Source: Clostridiales bacterium (GTDB lineage: Bacteria; Bacillota; Clostridia; Oscillospirales; Acutalibacteraceae). Taken from it: DNA of 57,196 nt. Positions within the stretch are counted from its first letter, which is position 1. Every line of letters begins with the position of its first letter. Below the pieces are notes generated by a model that saw only the letters and a list, made by a program, of their open reading frames with translations, was not told where the DNA came from and searched no databases. Below are positions 24,374 through 32,217 of the stretch, one piece after another. Location of the stretch: contig JAILLJ010000080.1 in the NCBI GenBank assembly GCA_024693205.1, positions 1-57,196 on the forward strand. The letters run 5' to 3'. A program made the translations under genes and the position numbers.

Positions 24374-26479
24374 TTAATACCAGATAAAGCCGAGGAATAC
24401 AATTATAATTATCCATTGCCAGACGGTAAGCCTTACGTCCACGGTACAGGAAGCGGTAAGCGGTTTTCCGTCTTTATCCGTCGCCTCACGCCCCGTCAGA
24501 GAATCTATGACGACGGCGGAGATGACGGCGCTGCCCTTTCCCCTTTTAGTCGCCGTCACGATCCCGTTATTGTCGACCGCGGCGACGGAGCTATCCGATG
24601 ATTTCCAGACTATCCTGAAATTTTCCGCGCCGTTTTTCACAAGCGCGGCGTTTATTTTTGCGCTGTCTCTGTATTTCAGAGAAAGGGACGTTTTATCGAG
24701 CGTCAACGACTGCGGAACGATCCTTGTCTTAACCGGCTTTATCGTTACGCCGCCGACCTTAAGCTCGTAATCCTCCCATTTAAAGGTATATCCGTTTTCA
24801 ACAGGCGGCTCCGGCTCCTCGATAGACTCGGTCTCAACGGTATATTTTACCGTCTTTATGACCTTGCCTTTTTCATCGACGAATTTCGCGTCGTATTTTA
24901 TCGGCGTATAGACAGCGTTTACCACGATCCCGCCGGGCTTAAGTGTGTAATTCTCCCATTTTACGGTATATCCCTCTTTTGCGGGCGCGGTCGGCTCATC
25001 TATCGAAACGCTGTCGACGGTGTATGTTCTTTCGGCAACCGTTTTGCCGTATGCGACGAATTTTGCCGTATATTCAATGAGGCTGTAGACGGGTCTTATC
25101 GTTATCCCGCCCGATCTAAGCTCGTAAGCCTCCCATTTTCCGTCCTTGCAGCCTGCGGCTTCGGGGACGGGCGGCTCATCTATCGACTCCGTTTCAAATG
25201 TATATTTCACTACGGCAACATTGTTTCCGTCTTTATCGACGAATTTTGCCTCGTATTCTCCGGGTGTGTAGACGGCGTTAATTTCCGTTCCGCCGGGTCT
25301 GAGTTCATAATCCTCCCACGTTCCGATATACCAATCCTTTTCGGGAACGGCCGGCTCGGTAACGGACTTTGTCATTGCGGTATATTTGACCGTTCCCACG
25401 GTCCTTCCGTCGGCAATGAAGGAAGCCGTATATTCCGTCATATCGAAATTAAAAACAGGCCTTAAACCGATATCGGTGTGGTTGACGATACTTCCGTCGC
25501 TGATATTGCCTTGATACTCGACGTCGCTCGCACCTCGGCTCGTTTTTCCCGGTGAGCGAAGCCACCAGTTGGAACAGTATGTTCCGTCCGACAGCGTAAA
25601 TTCATGATCGACATAAAGGCCCTGACAAAGAGCGTAATCCGTTCCGCTCGCTCTTCTCTTTAACGCGGAATTTAATCCGTAAGAGGTGTTGATAATATCA
25701 TAGTATGACAAAATCGCTATTTTGTCCGTCGTCGAGCTTGTGAAGGACGCGTCGAATGCCGATTTTGTTTCACGCTCGACAGACGCTATCTTTGCCTTTT
25801 CCCCTTCGTCAAACGCCGTATCGTAAAATGTACCGTTCAAAAACGGGAGGACGGTGCTGTCCTTGTAGCTGTTTGCGTAAACGGTACGCTCGCTGTCCTT
25901 ATAATAATTCGTGTCGTTTTCGGAATCGGCGTAAAGCGTATCGCTGAACGACTGTGAATCTATTATTTTTTCACATATGACGAGACCCGTCGCGGGATCG
26001 AGCACGCGCCATTTCAGCGGCTCGTATCTGAACCAATATGTCGTATCGATAAAGTATCCGTTTTCGGCCTGATGAGTTTTTTCCTCGGAGGTATCGCTCT
26101 TATAATTAGTAAAGCTCTTTCTGTATGACGAAAATCTTACGCCGCGGTAATATTCACCATTAAGCTCCGCGTCGCAGTATTTCATATAATCGGCTTTTTC
26201 CGCCGAGCCGTCGAAGTAATAAAGTCCGCCGCCGCTCATATATCCGTAGCTTTTCCACTCCGCGGAAAGGGCGTTGAGCGCCGAGACCGTCGCGCTGTCC
26301 GTCACCTTCGTTTGGGGATATCTTCCGAATTCTATTATATCTCCCGTGCGGTAGCCGGTTACGCCTTTCCCGTCCGCGACCGCCGAAAAAGCGAAAAGTC
26401 CCGCCGGCGCCGCGCCGAACGCCATTATGAGCGCCAACATCAGCGCAAATATTTTTATCAGCATTTTTTTAGACTTCAT
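24374..26479 (-). CDS. Large exported surface protein: N-terminal domain, 4 Listeria-Bacteroides (InlB B / Flg_new-like) repeats, a Big_2-like Ig domain and a C-terminal hydrophobic anchor
   Basis: Start placed at ATG 26479 (MKSKKMLIKIFALMLALIMAFGAAPAGLFAFSAVA, GGAGG RBS). The N-terminal domain has GDIIEFGRYPQ and WWLRSPG motifs. It has four ~60-aa repeats and a Big_2-like segment (SSDSSVAAVDNNGIVTATKRGKGSAVISA). It ends WQWIIIIVFLGFIWY. Confidence 0.8.
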   Translation of the reverse strand: MKSKKMLIKIFALMLALIMAFGAAPAGLFAFSAVADGKGVTGYRTGDIIEFGRYPQTKVTDSATVSALNALSAEWKSYGYMSGGGLYYFDGSAEKADYMKYCDAELNGEYYRGVRFSSYRKSFTNYKSDTSEEKTHQAENGYFIDTTYWFRYEPLKWRVLDPATGLVICEKIIDSQSFSDTLYADSENDTNYYKDSERTVYANSYKDSTVLPFLNGTFYDTAFDEGEKAKIASVERETKSAFDASFTSSTTDKIAILSYYDIINTSYGLNSALKRRASGTDYALCQGLYVDHEFTLSDGTYCSNWWLRSPGKTSRGASDVEYQGNISDGSIVNHTDIGLRPVFNFDMTEYTASFIADGRTVGTVKYTAMTKSVTEPAVPEKDWYIGTWEDYELRPGGTEINAVYTPGEYEAKFVDKDGNNVAVVKYTFETESIDEPPVPEAAGCKDGKWEAYELRSGGITIRPVYSLIEYTAKFVAYGKTVAERTYTVDSVSIDEPTAPAKEGYTVKWENYTLKPGGIVVNAVYTPIKYDAKFVDEKGKVIKTVKYTVETESIEEPEPPVENGYTFKWEDYELKVGGVTIKPVKTRIVPQSLTLDKTSLSLKYRDSAKINAALVKNGAENFRIVWKSSDSSVAAVDNNGIVTATKRGKGSAVISAVVIDSLTGREATDKDGKPLTASCTVDVRLTVWQWIIIIVFLGFIWY
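24722..25432 (-). repeat. Four tandem ~180-bp coding repeats (B-repeat modules) inside the surface-protein gene
   Basis: Repeat units: YTASFIADGRTVGTVKYT...GTWEDYELRPGGTEINAVY; YEAKFVDKDGNNVAVVKYT...GKWEAYELRSGGITIRPVY; YTAKFVAYGKTVAERTYT...VKWENYTLKPGGIVVNAVY; YDAKFVDEKGKVIKTVKYT...FKWEDYELKVGGVTIKPV. Confidence 0.85.
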
Positions 26480-26490
26480 TTTTATCCTCC

Positions 26491-26521
26491 GAAAGAAAAG
26501 CGCGCAGCCGAAGCCACGCGC
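26491..26521 (-). terminator. Terminator-like hairpin between the predicted promoter and the RBS of the surface-protein gene (possible attenuator, or terminator of the upstream two-component operon)
   Basis: Minus strand: GCGCGTGGC-TTCG-GCTGCGCGC followed by TTTTCTTTCGGAGG, so the U-run runs into the RBS. Confidence 0.5.
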
Positions 26522-26570
26522 ATTAAAATACCGTACGATCCTGCCTGCTTTCTCTATATGTGGCAAGGTC

Positions 26571-26599
26571 ATTTTATCATAGTGTGAAAGGGATTGCAA
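26571..26599 (-). promoter_or_regulatory. Putative sigma-A promoter of the surface-protein gene
   Basis: Minus strand: TTGCAA - 17 nt - TAAAAT. Confidence 0.5.
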
Positions 26600-26630
26600 G
26601 GAAAATATACTTTCCTCCGGTCGGTAAGCT

Positions 26631-29186
26631 TTAACCCTGCTGTCCTTCTTTCGCCTCCGGAAGCCTTACTGTCGCTTTAAAGAGGTCGCCGTCGATCGTT
26701 ATCGAGAGACTTCCTCCCATCAGCACGCACAGATCCTTTGCTATCGAAAGTCCGAGACCGTTGCCCTCTCTCGTCCTCGACTCGTCTCCCCTGACGAACC
26801 TCTCCGTCAGCTCATCCGGCGAGATATTGAGCGGTTCTGCGGACATGTTTTTGATCTCAAACGCTCCGTATCCGTTTTCGGAATATGTGTTGATATAGAC
26901 CCTCGAGCCCTTTGCCGAATACTTCCGCGCATTGTTCATAAGGTTATCTATGACGCGGAAAGTCTTTTGGCTGTCGGCAAAGATCATCGGCGGCTCAGGC
27001 GATATCTCGGATATTATCTCAAGACCGTTCTTTTCAAAATCATCGTTCATCTCGCCTATCGCCTGAACGGTCAGTTCGCCGAGGTTGATGATCGTATTGT
27101 TGAGCGTGACGTTTCCGGACGAGACCTTTGACGCCTCTATAAGGTCGTCGATAAGGCGTTTCAGCTTGACCGCCTTCTCGTCGAGGACGTCGATATATCC
27201 GCAAGCCGTCTCGTCGGTTATCCCGCATTTTTTCAGAAGCTCGACGTATGATATCACGGACGTCAGCGGCGTTTTAAGATCGTGGGAGACGTTCGTTATA
27301 AGCTCCGCTCTCATCCGCTCGTTCTTTATCGCCTTGTTGACGGCTGTCTGAAGCTCGTCATTGTTATATCTCAGGCTGTCGGCAAGTATCCTTAATGACT
27401 CAGGCTGTTTTTCGTCATACGGTATGATCTCCCTGTTTTTCGCCGCCGTAATCAGCCTGTCGAGCGATATAAAATATTTCAGCGCGAAGAATATCGCGGC
27501 TCCGTTAAGAAGGATTATCGCTAAGACGAAAACCCCCGCTCCCGCCGCCGTCAAAGCAAAAAACAGCACATTCAGCGCGATATAACCGACGGCAAGCAAT
27601 ATAACTCTGAGTTTGATATGTCCCGGCTTATATGTGACAAGCTTTTTCAGCTTTTTAAACAGGCGTCGTATGCCTTTGAAGATGAGCGCGAAAAGCTTTA
27701 CGATGATACATCTTTTAAAGAACGACTCGCCCGACTTTTTGATCCTTATGACCGACGTCAGCCACTCGATGCCGATAAGTCCGAAGATCATCACAAGCGC
27801 CGACAGCGCGTAAACAAGGAGCTTACGCAGATACAGTATTTGGGATATATAGTCGTATCGGTCGAAAACAGACGTCATTATCCCGAAAAATCCCGCCGCC
27901 GCGGCGATGAGAAGTCCCACTGATACAGCAAAGTGTACGTCTGTCGGAACCTTGTCGATAAACGCGAGGGTGATCCCCTCGTAACCTCTCTTATGACCCG
28001 CAAAGCAGAAAAGCATAACGGAGAAGACGATCGCCAAAACAAAGCAGACGGCAAAGCCTATAATACACTCATTTATGCCGCGACCCGTGAGCTCGTCATA
28101 GCATGTGATCGCCGTGTAATAATCGTCGCCCGGCTTAAGGTCATCCTCAAGGAAAAGAACAACGGTCGTTTTACCGTCTTCGGACGAGGGAGCGTTATCG
28201 TACGAGAAACGATCCCCCGTGCCCTTAGTCCTTCTCATTCCGTCCCTGTCGAAAAAGTAGCACATATGACCGACGACCGATTTTTCCTCAGCTTCCTTTG
28301 CGGTCATATTTGAGATTACGACCTTTCCGTTTTTGTCGGCGGCGTAATACTTGAGATTGACCGTTTCGGACAGCTTGTTTTTGCACCTCTTGCTCTCCTG
28401 CAAAAGGTCTGTCAGATAAATGTTTTCGGCTTCCGAATATTCTTCGGTTATGTTCTTTTTCGCCTCGTCCTCGCTCATCGAAAGATCGACGGACCATGAC
28501 CATGAATTGTTCGGAATGTCAAACATAAGGTCAATGTATTTTTCTCTGAACGCCTCAGGTCTTACGAGCGATTCATATTTCAGATATTCGAGGCCCTGTG
28601 TACTGTTAAGTATCTTCTGAACGCGGCGGACGGTCAGCGGCGCGTTTTCGTCGACAGCGACCTTTTTTCTTGCATTGACCTCGGGCGGCGCCGTAGTCGA
28701 CGTCGCTCCCGCAGATACCTCTTCATCCGCGCTGTGAACGGTTGTCGGAACAGTCTCATCAACGTCGTCTTCAATATCCCACGAGACGTTATCCTCATAT
28801 CCGTCGTAATGCGTCGCGACGTAATAAAGCTCGTCCTCGATCACCTGCGCTTTTTCGGCGAGGTATCTGTTTAAAGCTTTTTCTGTCTCGCTGTCCTTAT
28901 TTTTTTCAAGCTGCTTTTTAATTTCCGCCCTGTCCGGCTGCTCCGCCAGAGTGACCAGACTTTGAGCGTCATTTGCAAACATTTCGTTCAGTACATTAGT
29001 GTCTTCAAACGAGGGAGCGGAGAGGCTCCCTAAGGTCGTGACCTCGTCGATGCCGTAGATGAACAGTCTTACGCCCGCTTCGAGCGCAGAATATGCGCTT
29101 AAAAAAAGCAGAGCCGCCGCAAGGACAAGGCACAGTCCTTTGACCGGAAGAGGGTATCTTTCAATATTTTTCGATTTTGTATCCAA
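26631..29186 (-). CDS. Sensor histidine kinase with a large extracytoplasmic N-terminal domain and a multi-TM region
   Basis: H-box SHDLKTPLTS; N/G boxes (DNLMNNARKYS, GNGLGLSIAKDL). One N-terminal TM, about 330 aa of extracellular sequence, then several TM helices. The TTG start at 29186 follows AAAGGTGG and overlaps the regulator gene by 26 nt. Confidence 0.85.
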   Translation of the reverse strand: MDTKSKNIERYPLPVKGLCLVLAAALLFLSAYSALEAGVRLFIYGIDEVTTLGSLSAPSFEDTNVLNEMFANDAQSLVTLAEQPDRAEIKKQLEKNKDSETEKALNRYLAEKAQVIEDELYYVATHYDGYEDNVSWDIEDDVDETVPTTVHSADEEVSAGATSTTAPPEVNARKKVAVDENAPLTVRRVQKILNSTQGLEYLKYESLVRPEAFREKYIDLMFDIPNNSWSWSVDLSMSEDEAKKNITEEYSEAENIYLTDLLQESKRCKNKLSETVNLKYYAADKNGKVVISNMTAKEAEEKSVVGHMCYFFDRDGMRRTKGTGDRFSYDNAPSSEDGKTTVVLFLEDDLKPGDDYYTAITCYDELTGRGINECIIGFAVCFVLAIVFSVMLFCFAGHKRGYEGITLAFIDKVPTDVHFAVSVGLLIAAAAGFFGIMTSVFDRYDYISQILYLRKLLVYALSALVMIFGLIGIEWLTSVIRIKKSGESFFKRCIIVKLFALIFKGIRRLFKKLKKLVTYKPGHIKLRVILLAVGYIALNVLFFALTAAGAGVFVLAIILLNGAAIFFALKYFISLDRLITAAKNREIIPYDEKQPESLRILADSLRYNNDELQTAVNKAIKNERMRAELITNVSHDLKTPLTSVISYVELLKKCGITDETACGYIDVLDEKAVKLKRLIDDLIEASKVSSGNVTLNNTIINLGELTVQAIGEMNDDFEKNGLEIISEISPEPPMIFADSQKTFRVIDNLMNNARKYSAKGSRVYINTYSENGYGAFEIKNMSAEPLNISPDELTERFVRGDESRTREGNGLGLSIAKDLCVLMGGSLSITIDGDLFKATVRLPEAKEGQQG

Positions 29187-29850
29187 TGCCCCATACCACC
29201 TTTAAATATTTCGGGTCCTTTGGGTTTATTTCGATCTTTTCTCTGATCTTTTTGATATGTACGGTGACGGTTTTAAGAGATGAAAGAGAAGGCTCGTTCC
29301 AGACGCTCTCGTATATCTGTTCGGACGAAAGCACTCGCCCCATGTTTTGCATAAGGTATTCGAGAACGCCGTATTCGCGCGCCGTAAGCTTTACCGGCTC
29401 GCCGTCGACGGTCGCCTCTTTTGTCTCGGTGTCGAGCGACAGTCCGCCCGTCGTCAGCACGGCGTCGTTTTTCTCGAGGCTCCCGAGTGAAACATAGCGT
29501 CTTATCTGCGATTTGACTCTCGCCATAAGCTCAAGGGGATTGAACGGCTTTGTGACGTAATCGTCGGCGCCGAAGCCGAGACCGGATATCTTGTCGGTGT
29601 CCTCGCTTTTTGCCGAGAGAAGAATAATGGGGATGTTATATTTTTCTCTCATCTTGAGCGTCGCCGTAAGTCCGTCCATCCCGGGCATCATGATGTCGAT
29701 AACGGCGCAGTGTATCTCGTTTTTTTCGACAGCCTCAAGAGCTTCTATCCCGTTTGACGCCCTCACCGTCTCGTAACCCTCAAGCTTTAAGAACGTTTCG
29801 ACGGAATTGCAGATCGCTTCGTCATCGTCGCAGACAAGTACTCTGTACAT
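29161..29850 (-). CDS. OmpR/PhoB-family response regulator
   Basis: Receiver domain (VLVCDDD, DIMMPGMDG, LSAK) plus winged-helix output (LTAREYGVLEYL...VWGIGYK). ATG 29850 (MYRVLV) lies 9 nt after AAGGAG; the ORF-track ATG at 29859 abuts the RBS. Confidence 0.88.
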   Translation of the reverse strand: MYRVLVCDDDEAICNSVETFLKLEGYETVRASNGIEALEAVEKNEIHCAVIDIMMPGMDGLTATLKMREKYNIPIILLSAKSEDTDKISGLGFGADDYVTKPFNPLELMARVKSQIRRYVSLGSLEKNDAVLTTGGLSLDTETKEATVDGEPVKLTAREYGVLEYLMQNMGRVLSSEQIYESVWNEPSLSSLKTVTVHIKKIREKIEINPKDPKYLKVVWGIGYKIEKY

Positions 29851-29873
29851 TTCTTTCATCTCCTTACCGTACC

Positions 29874-29902
29874 ATTATACCAAAGATCGGATCGTTTTCC
29901 AA
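29874..29902 (-). promoter_or_regulatory. Putative sigma-A promoter of the two-component operon
   Basis: Minus strand: TTGGAA - 17 nt - TATAAT, with TGg extended -10. Confidence 0.55.
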
Positions 29903-29971
29903 CCCGATGATATAATTAAAACATGCAAAAATAAAAACGCGGTATGATAAAAGTTAAAATTAAGTAAAATA

Positions 29972-30310
29972 TGTCATTCTTCTTGAAGGACAAAGATCCT
30001 TCGCTTCGCTTAGGATGACAGGCGGTTTTTTCGCTTGTAGGGAACGCCGCCCTCGGCGTTCCATTGCCTGACCGTGATATATCTTTCGACGAGGAACGCC
30101 GGCGTTCCCTATACTCCCTCTCACACCTGACCGTGATATGACATTTACGAGGAACACGGAGGGCCGTGTTCCCTACATCCTGTCCCCACCTTCGTTAATA
30201 ATACCCCCTGTCATTCTGAGACCGTAGGCCTAAGAATCTCAAAAACCGCCGCGTTGTAAAAATCCTTCGCTTCGCTCATGATGGCATGGATGGAACGTAT
30301 CCTTCGCTTC
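29972..30310. repeat. Cluster of REP/MITE-like palindromic units
   Basis: Three GC-rich hairpins share one core: GGAACGCCG/CGGCGTTCC at 30041-30062, GGAACGCC/GGCGTTCC at 30093-30108, and GGAACACGG/CCGTGTTCC at 30151-30172. The direct repeat CCTGACCGTGATAT occurs at 30067 and 30126, giving a 59-bp period. TGTCATTCT...ATCCTTCGCTTCGCT modules occur in both orientations (29972-30020, 30209-30235, 30262-30276, 30299-30310). Confidence 0.8.
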
Positions 30311-30313
30311 AAA

Positions 30314-30350
30314 TAACAGAAAAAGGGGCGTCGCATCCGGCGACACCCCC
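30314..30350 (-). terminator. Rho-independent terminator of the exported three-gene operon
   Basis: Minus strand: GGGGTGTCGC-CGGAT-GCGACGCCCC followed by TTTTTCTGTTATTT. Confidence 0.75.
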
Positions 30351-30402
30351 TCACATTATTATTTATACCTGTCCGGTCTACCCGTAAGCCTATGAGAACG
30401 AT

Positions 30403-32190
30403 TTAATTGTCAACATAGCCGCCGGAGTATTTCACGGGCGCTCCGTTTCTTATCGTAAAGTCAAGCGTTCTGTCCTTTATCGGGTCTACGGAGCCTATCC
30501 TGAAATATTTTACGGTCACGGTGATATGCTTTGCGCCGACCTTCGGCACCTTTCCGGTAAACGTAACCTCCTTTGTCTTTCCGGCGGGGATGATAAGTCC
30601 GTCCGCTTCGTCAAAGGCGATATCCGCTCCGTCACATGTGACAGACATTATTTTTATCGGATACTTCTTAGAAAGGTTTTCTATCTCGAGCTTTTTATCC
30701 TTGCCCGTAAGATATCCGCTCAGGCTGTCGTCGAACTTTGCGTACACGCCGCGGTTCTGATGCTTCGCAACTTCAAACTGAGGATAATTCGCGTCGCTGT
30801 AGATGTCGATCCTTTTGTCGGTATAGACGAGCTTTTTGACGAGATCGAGCGAATACTTTTCGAGGCTGTATGAGCCGTGGTACTGGCCGTCTATGAACCA
30901 TGTGTTTTCGGGAAGATACGCGCAAGACGCGTCTATCTCCATAGAGGGCGAAACGTGGTAATGCGATTTGTTTTTACAGACCGTATTTGCACAGACATAC
31001 CCGTCGGCAAAGCGCTTTCCGTAGGGAGCGCACTTTGCGCCGCTGACCTTTTCGGTATCGAGCAGGATATCTCCGAGCGCGTCGTCACCAAGGAAGGTAT
31101 CGTTTCCGTAGTTGCAGAGGATCGAGACGTTTACGCCCTTGTCAAGGCACTTTTTGAAATTCTTTCTGTAATTCGGAACAATCTTATGGTGGATAAAATC
31201 GCTCTCCTCAATAAGCTTCGCGCTGGCGCCCTTGTCGAGCAAAACGGGCTTTAACTTTTCGTAATCCTCGTTCGTCATAAGATCCCACATGCTGTTCCAA
31301 TAGAGCGTTATCGGTCTGAATTCCTTTAAAAACGCCGAGAGGAATTTGTTAAGCTCGTCTGTACTAAGCAGCTTTATATAGTCCGAAATATGAGACTCAA
31401 GGCCGAAGCCGGTTTCAACGAACTGAATGATATCGCTGAGAGGAATATCGGACTCGCCGAGATAATAGTCGCTTATAAAGCTCGTTCCTCCGAGCGCGGG
31501 CACGTCCATAATAACATTTTTAAGATCGCCCTTTGTTCCGTAGAGGCTGAGATATGTTCCCGTTATAAGTCCGCCGAAGCTCATCCCGAAAAGGTTTATC
31601 CTTTTGGCGCCCGTATATTCCTTTACCTCTTCGATAAAGGTGCGAAGCTCCCTGGCGCATTTGTACGCGCCCATCCTGAAATCGTAGTGGTAAACAAAAA
31701 CGTTGTCCTCGCCTGTCTTGTTCGCTGCGTCAACGGCCAGAAGCGGCTCACAGATATCGGCGAGATCCATTTTGTTTTTTAAATATTTGTATGTCGATTT
31801 TTCGGGGATGTTGGGGTAGCATGTGACGTTGTATTTCGAGGTGCCGTCGGGATTGCAGACAAGCTTTTCCACTACCTCCTCGCTGCCGTCGGCAAAAAGG
31901 GTGCCGAACCGCTCGGGGGTGTATTTCCCTTCTATTATCATCTGAATGAGCGACGGGAGTTTAAGCTTAACCTGTTCGGCTGCGTCCGTCGCCGAAAACG
32001 GCCATACGGTCTTCTGATCCGCCTCGCCGTAATTATAATAAAGGAGATTAAGCCCAAAGCCCGTCACAACTACCAGCGGTACGCGCTCGTTTTTCTTAGT
32101 CCTTGCGTATGACGGCAGCAAAAGCGCCGTAGCAAGCAGCAGCACAGCCAAAACGAAGCTTAATACCTTTGTCAGTGTTTTATTTGACAT
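30403..32190 (-). CDS. Exported LCAT-like alpha/beta-hydrolase (lipase/phospholipase) with a C-terminal beta-sandwich-like extension; paralog of 7120-8688
   Basis: Signal peptide MSNKTLTKVLSFVLAVLLLATALLLPSYA (ATG 32190 after GGGAGGGG). YDFRMGA then GMSFGG nucleophile elbow. IDAS...NTWF..G..H...YPQF block shared with the 7120 gene. Confidence 0.6.
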   Translation of the reverse strand: MSNKTLTKVLSFVLAVLLLATALLLPSYARTKKNERVPLVVVTGFGLNLLYYNYGEADQKTVWPFSATDAAEQVKLKLPSLIQMIIEGKYTPERFGTLFADGSEEVVEKLVCNPDGTSKYNVTCYPNIPEKSTYKYLKNKMDLADICEPLLAVDAANKTGEDNVFVYHYDFRMGAYKCARELRTFIEEVKEYTGAKRINLFGMSFGGLITGTYLSLYGTKGDLKNVIMDVPALGGTSFISDYYLGESDIPLSDIIQFVETGFGLESHISDYIKLLSTDELNKFLSAFLKEFRPITLYWNSMWDLMTNEDYEKLKPVLLDKGASAKLIEESDFIHHKIVPNYRKNFKKCLDKGVNVSILCNYGNDTFLGDDALGDILLDTEKVSGAKCAPYGKRFADGYVCANTVCKNKSHYHVSPSMEIDASCAYLPENTWFIDGQYHGSYSLEKYSLDLVKKLVYTDKRIDIYSDANYPQFEVAKHQNRGVYAKFDDSLSGYLTGKDKKLEIENLSKKYPIKIMSVTCDGADIAFDEADGLIIPAGKTKEVTFTGKVPKVGAKHITVTVKYFRIGSVDPIKDRTLDFTIRNGAPVKYSGGYVDN

Positions 32191-32217
32191 TTTTACCCCT
32201 CCCATGAGAAAAAATCG

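Noticed and set aside
29960-30157. 65-aa minus-strand ORF (…GNAGVPRRK…VILSEAKDLC…)
   Set aside because: It lies entirely within the palindromic REP-like units, so the peptide is just their translation. It has no RBS and no coding-like composition.
29972-30310. Possible CRISPR array
   Set aside because: The repeats are self-complementary hairpins of two different module types in mixed orientation. They are not separated by unique spacers of regular length, and no cas genes are nearby.
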